Assembly (NCBI GenBank): GCA_022813965.1
Contig: JALDZS010000030.1
Coordinates: forward strand, 124,001-166,296
Source of the DNA: Toensbergia leucococca
Lineage: Eukaryota
Reading direction: 5' to 3'
Length of the DNA: 42,296 bases
Shown here piece by piece: positions 1 through 10,457 of this stretch. The number at the start of each line of letters is the position of its first letter. Within the stretch, counting starts at the first letter, position 1. A program made the translations under genes and the position numbers. Under the pieces are notes generated by a model. It was given only the letters and a program-made list of their open reading frames with translations. It did not search any database and was not told where the DNA came from.

Positions 1-535
1 AAGTCTCGACTGAAGGTCTGCATATCACCATAGCCCGCTTCTCATCAATAGCTAACGTCGTGGACAAGTTGCCGAGAACTTTATTCAAACATTCTACCCA
101 GCTTTACAATCCGCTCGACCCACCATAGCAACCTTTTACCTCTCGCCAACAGCGACGCCGGACGGCAAAGCTCTACCTGCTATACTCTTTAACGGCAACA
201 TAATACCGAACCCCGCAGCCCTGCAAACCATGTTCCAACAAGATGTTCCAGCAGCACACTACGAAGTACAGTCATTTGACTGCCAGGTCCTGAACCCTAG
301 TCATACGGCAGAAAACACTCAATTCGACTCCAGGGCAGCGGTAATTGGGAAGAAAATGACTTTGTTGCTTGGAGTCAATGGCTATGTCAGGCTTGGAGAA
401 CCACGCGATGCCGACATGAGAGGATTTAGCGACACTTTTGTCCTTGTTCCAAACCCTGCCATGGCTACCGCCGGCCGAGGGAAGACTAGCAAAGAGTGGG
501 TGATCCAAAGTCAGAACTTTAGGCTTGTGGTCTGA
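1..535 (+). CDS. NXT1: NTF2-family nuclear export factor (NXT1/p15-like), 5'-truncated by the window. Exons <1-15 and 69-535; intron 16-68
   Basis: Intron GTCTGC...GCTAAC...AAG. The spliced frame reads ..VSTEVAENFIQTFYPALQSARPTIATFY..FNGNII..YEVQSFDCQVLN..LLGVNGYVRLGE..RGFSDTFVLVPN..WVIQSQNFRLVV*, an NTF2-fold pattern recognised from memory. Confidence 0.8.
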
Positions 536-1177
536 GGAGAACCTCGAGTCTTCTGCATGACGTGAAGTGGGCTGTGAAGAAACCAACTATGAGATCCGGC
601 GCATATGTATCCAAAGTCGGTACAAACCACTCCCTCAGTCAACGCCTTTCAACAGCCACCGGTCTCCATCTGAACAAGCCTTGGCGTTCGGAGTTCCTTG
701 GTCCGACAATCAGTAAAACTAAGACGCTATCATCCATCTCATCGTTTATGAACATCCTTTCAAATCACACATGCCTGCAATACTAGCCTTACGCAGGATC
801 CATCTATCCTAAGCAAAGCCTTAGCTGCTTTTAAACTTACATTCATATTCTTAGGACCAACGTCAAATCCACTTCACCAGTCACTTGCCCCTGCTCTTCT
901 CACCCTTCTCGCTAGCCGGGTCTAGATTGTGAATTCATCTCGCAGTGATAAGGGCCTTGTGGTATTCACAAATTGCCACGAGTCTCATATAAACCTCACT
1001 TCGAACTTACCAGATACAGCAAACCACTTCTCCCTCCAATTATCTCTGAACATATACGTTAGGCTCGTATTGCACTCACTATTTGGAGACCGAAAATCGA
1101 TTTCCAAGCTCATCACACTTAGATCCCTACAGAGGGGAAAAATAAAACTCGACTCAAATCCTCGCTCGACTCTCGCC

Positions 1178-3116
1178 ATGCGCTATTCCGATCTTCCTGC
1201 AGGCTGCTCCGCTACCGTTGAGGTGCTTGCCGATGAAATCATTTGTCCAGAGCACAGCCAATCAGATGCTGAGCAAAGGTTGCAAAGTTGGATTGTCATA
1301 AAATCTGGACAATCGATTTCCCTAAAATGTTCCTTGCGGATCAGTACGAAAGCATACCAAGTGGATCTACTCATAGATGGTATACTTCGCAACACATTTG
1401 TCTCTCCAAGAATTCGAGGTATGGTGCGTCGCGAGGATATCACGTTCGAACATGGGGTCTGTCGAATGGGAAGAGGACTGTTCTATGGATTTATGAAAAC
1501 TTGTGAATTGAAAGAAGATCCAGGTACGTCAACTTACTACTATTATGAGAAGGAAAGCTACTTACACTTTCTGTTTCAAAGTCGATTTCATAGACCTCAA
1601 TGACCCTAGCGTCGGTACAATAGAGGTCCAGATATGGAAAGTAAAAAACGACTTCACACATAAGCAGGATGCAGATATCCCAGATGACGTGAACCACTAG
1701 ACGCTTCTGAAATCAAAACCAGGAAGATCAGATGTCCAGCCTACTCATGAGATCACCTATGTCGACTGGGAAAATTTACCAAAGCCTACCAAGGCGAAAA
1801 TACGTTCCAATATGCGGCAGCCGCGACCTGGTCAATGTCCTTGGGCGACATTTCATTTCCTCTATAGATCCGAAGGTATGATGGCTTCATGCATACTGAA
1901 GCAGGGAACCTATTAACATGTCTTCGTCAGATTCTCTCCTTCAAGCTGGTCTTCTTTCAGTCGCTATTATTGACCCTAGTATTGCTGCTGGTATTATTAA
2001 TACAGCTGATACGAATGGCACTGCCCAAAATACCATTGTTACTGATGCCACTAGTAGTGTCGATACTGTCGATACTGTCGATACTGCCGATACTGCCGAT
2101 ACTGCCGATACTGCCGATACTGCCAGTGGTAACGATGGTGCCAGTGTTGTCAATACTGCCAATTTTGTTCATGGTGCCAATGGTGCCGATACTGGTACTG
2201 TCAATGCTACCGATGAACAAACCTTCCCAGATGTCCTCACAGATGATCGCCCGGATTCAGATCAACCCTGCCACCGCTTACACTGCGATACCCAAAAATA
2301 CAAGAAATTAAAGATCAAGAGTACCATAGGGAGACGTATGAAACATATGGAGCAAGAGGATGACGATGAAGGTCTCTTCACAGCTGCAAAACCTGAGCGA
2401 TGCACGTCTTCCAACCGTATGATTCACAAGAAAGATGACACGGCGGGCGATTTGGTAGAGGATGAGTTGCCAAGAGTGTCTTCTAATCAATTTGGACCTC
2501 TGAAAGTCGAATCCACGTCGTTGATTAAGAAGCCACAGTCATCATACATTTTGCCTTCTGGTTTGGCGTATAGTCCTGTGACGCCGTTGCTTCAGACTCC
2601 CGAACCCCCGCAATGTCCAGTCACGAGTACGCAGAACTTCATACCGACTTCTTCCCCGCAGAATAGTCTGCTTCATTCCCTTAAGCGCCTCATTCCTGCT
2701 AGTGAAGGTAGAAGCTTTGGAGCTGAGATAGTTTCACATGGAGATGGTAGCCAAGCACTGAAACGTCGAAAAAGAGAAGTTGATGCACTGAGAGCAGAAG
2801 TTATGCAGCTGAAACAAGGACGAGACGAGGCCCAACGTTGAAAAGAAGATGAGCAGAAGAAGATCGGAGCACGACAAGTAAGTATTGGTACCTTTCACCT
2901 TGGATGTAGTGAACATTATTGACAAGTTTAAAAGCGCGAACTCGACGAGGAATGGACTACACTTGTGAGTTACAAAGAGATTTTAGAGCATGAAATCAAA
3001 GCCAATGATCTTGCGACTGCTACGCTAGTAGGTACTCTACCGAGTCTCAATAAGTTCCTCTCACTAATCACTATCTGTAGAGACGGCAAAGCGAGCTTGA
3101 AGAGGAATCTTTGTGA
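1178..3116 (+). pseudogene. Fungal-specific uncharacterised gene (DUF7918-like N-terminal domain, low-complexity linker, C-terminal coiled coil) with two in-frame stops, TAG 1698-1700 and TGA 2839-2841. Exons 1178-1523, 1582-1875, 1931-2877, 2935-3027, 3081-3116. Pseudogene or recoded gene
   Basis: Four GT-AG introns (1524-1581, 1876-1930, 2878-2934, 3028-3080) join in phase into 572 codons. Motifs VDLLIDG, VGTIEVQIWK, PTHEITY and PWATFHFLYRSEDSLLQAG resemble the fungal DUF7918 family; the family name is from memory. Confidence 0.65.
2062..2124 (+). repeat. 9-bp tandem repeat GATACTG(T/C)C x7, encoding (DTV)2(DTA)5, within a degenerate 9-nt-period tract of about 1978-2215
   Basis: Directly visible: gatactgtc x2, then gatactgcc x5. 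Downstream variants include aatactgcc, catggtgcc, aatggtgcc and gatactggt. Confidence 0.95.
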
Positions 3117-3395
3117 CCGCAGAACCTCATGGAGGACCAGTTGTTCGTTTTACCAGGAGCTTTATTACTTTGTTACGCATTTTCGTGTTATGATATTGCA
3201 GGCACGTTTGGTCGAGGGCTTGGCCTAGTGATTTATCAGGAACTCTTTACATCACGATGCAATTACATGGGTTGTCGCTTCGAACAACTCAAACTTGCGC
3301 AGTAAATAGACAAGTTGTTTGAACAGCTCATTCACCCGTTCATCATTCCGCTAAAGGTGACACCAAACGCCGGAAAATAATGTTAATATCCTAGG

Positions 3396-3930
3396 TCACG
3401 TCGGTGGAGCGGTCCTCATATTGGCCCTCACTCGCTCCAGAAGATCTTCCCTCGTGGCTTTCTCGTTAGGTAGAAGATGCCTCTTGAGAGCATAACGTAA
3501 TCAGTGACATGGCTCCCAATGGCATAGAAAGGAGACTAGAGATGTAAGAAAGCCCTGACCAATGCGAGCCATTGCTTCAATTCCGAATCCGCCCACATCG
3601 ATGGATCTGCGTGGGTAATTAGATGCTGAGTGCGTAGGAAGTAGATGAGCTAGAGGGAAAGTCTACCCCCTTTAGGAGACTCTTCAGCTGGGAACATATC
3701 GGTGCCCCAGATGCTCCACGCCGCAACCGCAGTGACGATGCCGGCAAAGCCTAGTTGCCGAACATTAAACCAACTTCTATAGAACTTTTGAGAACAAGGC
3801 GGGAACGGGGAAAGTACAAACCTAGGAAAGCATTCTATACTTTGTTCAGTAACAGATTTTATAGAAAGATAGGTATCAAGATGTTTTTGCTTACTCGTGA
3901 CTGCATCGCTCTGTCCAAGGGGGTAGGCAT
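3396..3930 (-). CDS. 88-aa microprotein with an N-terminal transmembrane helix and a C-terminal helix-extension-helix (Ish1/LEM-like) motif. Exons 3930-3895, 3834-3822, 3750-3667, 3606-3560, 3482-3396
   Basis: Absent from the ORF track. Four GT-AG introns join in phase (36+13+84+47+87=267 nt) to give MPTPLDRAMQSRNAFLGFAGIVTAVAAWSIWGTDMFPAEESPKGDPSMWADSELKQWLALRHLLPNEKATREDLLERVRANMRTAPPT*. Confidence 0.9.
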
Positions 3931-4119
3931 ATCTTGAGTCGGAGGGAGGAAAGTAATCGAGTATTTGAAGAGGCTGTTTGGAAGAGGTTTGGAGGCTTGA
4001 GACTAGAGCTCCTGCAATGTCGGCGTTATTCAGGAAATTGCAACACAGATGTTATGAACTCATAATTCTCCACAATAAGTAACTCGTATTTATGCCTAAA
4101 CCCACCGTCCCCACACACC

Positions 4120-4200
4120 CATGACGCAGGCGACTGCGCCACGTGGCTTGATATCCCGCCTCGCTTAGCGTAAGCACGATCGCTAGCTAAACCCACATCT
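4120..4200. promoter_or_regulatory. Core of the 354-bp bidirectional promoter between the microprotein gene and RPL38: E-box CACGTG (4140-4145), ATCCCGCC/CTCGCTTAGC (4153-4169)
   Basis: Motifs are seen directly. CTAAACCCAC occurs twice (~4096 and ~4186). Function is inferred. Confidence 0.4.
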
Positions 4201-4284
4201 TGAATTCCTGAAAAGCATCAAAACTCATCGACCACATCACCCCCAACCTCCCAGCTTTCCTCCCCACCGGGAAAGACCGCCACC

Positions 4285-4844
4285 ATGCCCAAAGAAGTCT
4301 CCGATATCAAGCAATTCATCGAGATTTGCCGGCGGAAAGATGCTTCCTGTATGTCCTTTCCAACCCACCATCCAAAAACTTGCCTTCTGCACTTCCAAAA
4401 AAACAAATCCCCTTTCACCTCCGAACGAAAGCGATTCGTGAGGGTGACTTTGAATTGAACGTCTTTTGCTAATAGCATGCCAATTTTTTTGGGGCGCGTT
4501 TGGTTGCAGCGGCACGCATCAAACGCAATCGCAAGACGCAACAGATCAAGTTCAAAGTTCGATGCCATCGATTTCTGTACACGCTGGTGCTGAAGGATGT
4601 GGACAAGGCGGATAAGTTGAAGCAGAGTTTGCCGCCGAGTGGGTTCCCCCTTTTATCTGTTCACTTCTTCTGCGCCATCCGTTGGGGAGCTGTTTTCCTA
4701 TTCTTCTTTTTTCTCTAGACAACGAGGGGGGTTTCCTTTTCGGGGTAAGAAGAGGGGCTGACTATAGAAAACTTGGGGTGGGACTTAGTGCTTAAGATTG
4801 ATGATGTGCCCAAGAAGAATAAAAAGGGGAAGAGGGTTGCTTGA
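4285..4844 (+). CDS. RPL38: 60S ribosomal protein L38 (eL38). Exons 4285-4348, 4510-4638, 4789-4844
   Basis: Spliced product is [82 protein letters not shown], with the eL38 signature. Confidence 0.97.
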
Positions 4845-5501
4845 TGGGTGGGCTGGAGAGGAGATGGAGTGAGGGGTTGGAGATGACCTGTGGGGTTGTA
4901 AGAGGAACGGACTTTCGATGTGCGATACCAGCAAAGAATGAGGGGAGGAAATTCTACGGCCTGGGTCTACGTGTCTGATGTGTCAATCAACTGTGTTCTG
5001 GCTCTCCGGGCTGCTGCAGTGGCATTTTATAGGTGGACACAGTCAAACGTTGTATCCTCAAGCCTGAAAGTGGGTTGGACGTTCAGAACATGGCAACGAG
5101 TCCAGCATCTTGCGTTGCTTTGTTCAAGAGCAATTCCTAGTCCATTACCCATTGTTGTGACTTTGCCTTGGTCGCTAGGTGTTCACTCCTTTGCCCCACT
5201 GGTGAAGGAGTCCTCGATCGTCTTTCGCAGTGTGGCTTTACCATGCTTAAATGTCTGGCGACGGGCGTGCTATGGCATAGCTACTGTACTTGAATGAATT
5301 TCCAAGGGACTTTTGATTTGGTGCTACTATTCTACAAAGTGCAAGCCACACGCAGAGGTGTCATTTATCATTATCGTTTCCCACTCAATTCGTAAACAAG
5401 TCTTTCAGTCAGAGTCAATTCCGGCTTTTTATATCAAGAATCGTTATTGACCTTCTTTTGCAGACGGGCGGATATCGCCAGGACACAGAAGTGGCTGCGT
5501 C

Positions 5502-7501
5502 TTAGTGATGAAACAGTCGCACACTTTGCTCAATAAAAGTGATGCCCAGTTTCTCAGCAGTATCAAAGACTGATTGGTCATTTTGACTGCCTGTTGGAGC
5601 TGCCATGTATTTCACGCCGGAGCGACCGGCCCGGAAGACATTGTCGATGAAGGGAAACTATGGCAGATTAGCCATATTTATCTCTCATGCATGGCACAGT
5701 GTGACGCAAAACTTACAAAAGCATCGCTTGATACCGCAACATCGGCCAACTCTTTCAACCACGCCTCCCTTTCCTCGTGGGTAAAATTCTTCGGGACAAT
5801 CTCAAAGTTCTTTTCGTAGTCCTCCTTCTCGATCCCTTCCTTGGGTATCTGGCCACTACACAGCATGTCGATTGCATTGCTCTTGTCTGGCCTTTTAATG
5901 CCCTTCTTCCATTTCAAGTCCAAAGCGCGCTCATGAAAGCGCATCCACCAATTGTCTGCTTTATCGCCTGCCAATCGTGTACAGTGGATTCTTGACTGCT
6001 GCCCAGCACCTAGGCCGATGACTTGACCATTGAGCGCATAGCAAACTGAATTCGATTGCGTGTACTTAAGCGCAATTGTCGCAACTGTCAAATCTCGTAT
6101 TGCTGGTTCTGGGAGTGGAGGAGAGTCCTTGGGAATGATTATGGCATTGAATGTCTCTTTGGGTGTGATTTCAACGTCGTTCCGATGCTGCTGTAATTGC
6201 ACTCCGAAAACTGTCCTTGTTTCTACCGGCGGAGGCTCATAAGTTGCATCAATTTCTATGACCAGGTACTTTCCTCCTTTCTTCTTGGTCAAAATTTCGA
6301 GTGCTTCTCTCGAATAGCCAGGTGCGATAACGCCATCTGAAACTTCTCGGGATATGATCTTGGCGGTCGGAACATCGACTTCATCCGACAAAGCTATTAC
6401 GTCTCCAAAGCTCGACATTCGATCAGCTCCTCGAGCACGTGCATAGGCTTGGGCCAAGCTTGATTCTCCTATTCCTACAATGTCGTCGACCATGTACACT
6501 TTTCGCTCTTTTTCGTTCAAGGGCACACCAATTGCTGCGCCGGCAGGCGAGACATGCTTGAAACTGGCCGCAGCAGGAATGCCCAAAGCTTTTTTCAATT
6601 CCTTGACCAATGGCCATGCGTTGAGTGAGTCTAGAAGATTGATGTATCCTGGCGATCCCCCAAGGACTTTGAAAGGTAGATGACCATGTTTGACGAAAGC
6701 TGATGCAGGTTTCTGATGAGGATTCGCCCCATAACGAAGTGACAGCTGTTGGACACCATCGCTGGCGTACTTTTTCCGGAAAAAGTCTGCTATCGTTGCG
6801 TCGTAATCCGCTGTGTGCTCGAACGCTTTCAGAGCATATAATTTCCGACTATTCTCCGTGAGCTGCCCTTTTTCCAAATCATGTAGAAACTCTGGATAAT
6901 CCTCGGGATCGCTTAATATGGTAACTCTTGCGTGGTTTTTTGCAGCTGCCCGTATCAAGGTAACTCCTCCTATGTCAATCTCCTCAACAGCTTCTGCTAT
7001 GGTGACATTGATCTTGGCAATAGTGTCTTTGAAGGGGTACAAGTTGCAGACGATATAATCAACCTTGTTAATATTTTGCTCAGCAAGATCTTTTTCATCC
7101 GAGGCTAGGTCCCGCGCAAGAATACCGGCATGGACTGCAGGGTGGAGAGTCTTTACACGGCCTGAGAGCATTTCGGGAGCATGGGTGATTGAAGATACAT
7201 CTCTAGGGAAAATTTGGATGAGCATTTGACTATGCAGGACACTTTCGTGGATCGTTTGGGGGTTGCACTCACTTGACCTCGAAGCCAGCCTCGCGAATGA
7301 GCTTAGCAGTGCCACCAGTAGCCAGAAGTCGAATGTTGTTCTTGATCAATCCTTTTGCAAGGTCCAACAGCCCAGTCTTATTGAAAACAGACAGAATAGC
7401 TGGAAAGAAAAAATATAGCTGTCAACAACGCGGGCCCAAAGATAGACCAGGACTACGTACTCACCAACTTTCTGCGCTTTCTCGGACTTCTCGGGAGGCA
7501 T
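5502..7501 (-). CDS. ADE17: Bifunctional AICAR transformylase / IMP cyclohydrolase (ATIC/PurH). Exons 7501-7465, 7399-7273, 7202-5717, 5657-5502
   Basis: Motifs [76 protein letters not shown] and the C-terminal RLFHH*. All introns are GT-AG and in phase. Confidence 0.97.
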
Positions 7502-8515
7502 GTCGTTGAATAGCTAGCTAGAGAACAAAGTCCAAGATGAAATGGTGAGATATTTTGGTGGGCATGTCCGTAGGGCTGAAACTGGCGGGATGTGACGTAT
7601 TTATGCAGACTCGGTAAATCCGTAGCTTACCTTAGCCCGCGAGGCTCGCTTAGCATAGGTATGCCGGCCCTATTTAAACGCTTTTCTTAACGACCGAGAG
7701 CGACGTTTCTTTTCTCTACATGAACAACGCAAAAAACCAACGTTCTCAATAAAAGCATTCCTACGAGACGACTGCTTCTGTAGAAGTAGTCTCCATGACT
7801 AAAGGAAATCGTCAAGTAGAATGGAGATAAGTCTAGACAGTCGATCTTGGGTGCGGCGCTTTTCTGATGCTCCTTGGAAAGGGTCGCAATGATTGACTAC
7901 ACATCCTTACTAGAAACCGTCGCTGTGCTCTACTCTTTTCCGCGACTATGTCTGCACCTCCACTATTGTAAGAGGGCGTTGTCCGGACAGATTTGTGCAT
8001 TTCTTTGCTTGAGAAAAGAGTATGAAAAGCCAATATGTTCCTAAAATATTAAGAACCTTATCTACCTACCTAGATATATTCTCAGAGAGGACAAAACATG
8101 ATCTATGACAACACAAGCCTCTGACCTGATATTCATACGAAGTGGCTGCCAGTTCTAGGAAAGGAGAAGTATTTACGCGGCGAGTACTTTTGTATGACTA
8201 ATGCATGGATTCACGAGCTAAATGGTTACATTGTGGGTTGCCTTGCGCTGTCACTATCCTTGGCATATCCGAACTCTTCATCTGGCTCGGGTATCACTCC
8301 AAGCCGCAAGATACGGACAAAGATAATATGACGCTTAGCCTCCCTGGCAAAACTGCTAACGCCTGAATGAAAATTCGAGCCTCTGCAGGAGGCACAATCT
8401 ATGCATTAGACCAAAGTACAGCAAGCTGAACATAGCTTCGTTGCGAACATGACTCGGAGCGAGCGTTATTAGTAGATAAGCCGTCTCTGCACTTTGCGAA
8501 GCAAAAACCAAACTT

Positions 8516-10180
8516 CTAGTCGATGCTTGGCTCCAAGGTATTGCCTCTACAGATTAATTAGCACTGCAATATCTTAAGCTAGGAATTAGCAAGGGACTTA
8601 CGCTACTATGTTTGCCCACCCAATTAGACGCCAGTGCTTATCAATCCTCCTACTCAATGCAATTTTCTCCCCAATTTCAGTACAAGCAGGGCTTGTCAAG
8701 CTCAGCTTGGCCGCATCTGCCTTTACACCCATCACTTTGGCACCTGTTGCTGTTGATCCAATGTTGACCATGAGAACCTCATTTTTGGCTAGCTTAGCCA
8801 CTTTGGCCTGCTTGCCATCTGCAGTCTTGACACCCAAGAGCCGTCGAAGTAAAAAGTAATTTACTTCAATCTCTGTGTAAATTGCAGGAAGTCTGCCCTT
8901 TAGACCGAGAACAAATCCGACGAGACGATCCGCTCGGCAGAGCGTAGGGTCAACACGTGTGCCAACACCAATCAAGCCTCCTGGAACTGCGAACTTCAGA
9001 TCGTTATGTTCCGCAAAGAGAGACACAACCCTGCTAAATATCGGTCGGCATTTGATCCTCCCTTGTTCATCCTTCTGAACCAAACCAGGACGAATTTCGA
9101 TCTCGTCGCCGAGCTTGAGCACACCAGTCAAGATACTTCCGCCTGCGACACCACCTTTGAGATCCTCAATTTCAGCACCAGGCTTGTTCACATCGAACGA
9201 GCGGATGATTATCATATGTGGTGCAGCGCCAAAGTCTCGAATCGGAACAGGGATCTTGGTGACCAAGTATTCATTGATGGCGTCAATGTTATACTTCAAC
9301 TGCGCAGATATAGGGATAATTGGTGAGCCATCTGCGACCGTCCCCCGAATGAACTTTAGGATTGATTGGTAATGTTGCTCTGCGCCTTCTTCGCGCATAA
9401 GATCGACTTTGTTCTGTAATATGATGATGTGGTTGAGTTTCATGATCTCAATAGCTGCTAGATGCTCAGACGTCTGAGGTTGCGGACATGTTTCATTACC
9501 AGCGATGAGCAGAAGAGCTGCATCCATGACAGCTGCGCCTGACAACATTGTGCTCATAAGAATATCGTGGCCAGGGCAGTCTACAAATCTGCAGTCGAAA
9601 TTTAGTAACGCTCCCATCTGTTGCTGACGGCGAGAATGACATACGAGACATGTCTGAGTAACCTATACCGGCCACCGCATCCTTCTCTCTCGCATGGTGG
9701 GTCCACCTCTTTTTCGCTCTTAAAACTCCTGTAGCACCCCGGTCTCGGACAATCCTCATTGTCGCATTTGTAAATCTTCGCGTTTGCGTAGCCAAGTTTG
9801 ATGGTGATATTTCTCTCCAATTCATTCTTGAAGCGCACAGTCTGGACACCTGATATCGCCTTGACCACGGTCGATTTTCCATGCGCTACATGCCCTATGG
9901 TGCCAATATTGATAGTAGCTTGTCTTGCAATGATCTCGGGTGAGAGGGGTGTGAGGAGCGAAACATCTACAGTTTCTGGGTCTGGTTGTTCCGGAAGCTC
10001 TGGTCTCACAACTTGGGGGGCTGGCTCAGCTCGAGAGATTTTCTTGAGGGCAGACTTTGGCTTCTCGAGGGATTCCTCTTCCTCTTCAACATCGTCATTG
10101 TCGTGACCATTCGCGGCCTCGAAGGGGGGTGAGCCTGGCAGAGAGTCTTCGTCTGACGGCATATCGCCGTTAGAAGCCAT
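8516..10180 (-). CDS. GCD11: Translation initiation factor eIF2 gamma subunit. Exons 10180-9645, 9588-8602, 8546-8516
   Basis: Motifs [40 protein letters not shown] and HWRLIGW. Introns 9644-9589 and 8601-8547. Confidence 0.97.
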
Positions 10181-10457
10181 GATCGCGAGCTACCTTACTC
10201 ACCCACAGCCAACGTCCTCCAGCCCCTACTGGTTATATTTGTATTTAGGTTCTACTTTTTGCAGATGATGTTGACTTTTCGAAGAGGTTCTCTTAGGCCG
10301 AAGGAATGCTTAGGTACTGAAGATCTGTAGGTAGCGTAACCTGTTGAAGTGCTGTTTGAGTGTGTGCGGTGTTAACAACAAATACTTTTTTTCTTGAGAT
10401 TTCTTACCTCACCTACGTGGAGCCTGGTACTTGCGGCTTCCCTCTAGCGCACTCGGA

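Noticed and set aside
929..1177. N-terminal extension of ORF 929-1603
   Set aside because: It starts at GTG in a eukaryote and looks like promoter/UTR. ATG 1178 (GCCATG) is the plausible start.
1889..2311. Hydrophobic ORF (ILPILP..) and antisense ORFs (SAVSAV, GSIGSI)
   Set aside because: These are alternative frames of the stop-free 9-bp repeat.
3395..3765. Apparent ~350-nt structured ncRNA (GTGGAGC/GCTCCAC, GGCTTTCT/AGAAAGCC, terminal hairpin plus ACA)
   Set aside because: The region is fully explained by the spliced minus-strand 88-aa gene, and it has no RNase P/MRP, U3 or snR30 signature.
4920..5297. 125-aa ORF downstream of RPL38
   Set aside because: GTG start, no recognisable motif, and it lies in the 3'-UTR gap between convergent genes.
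7700..8450. Short ORFs between ADE17 and eIF2-gamma
   Set aside because: I found no coherent spliced model or recognisable protein.
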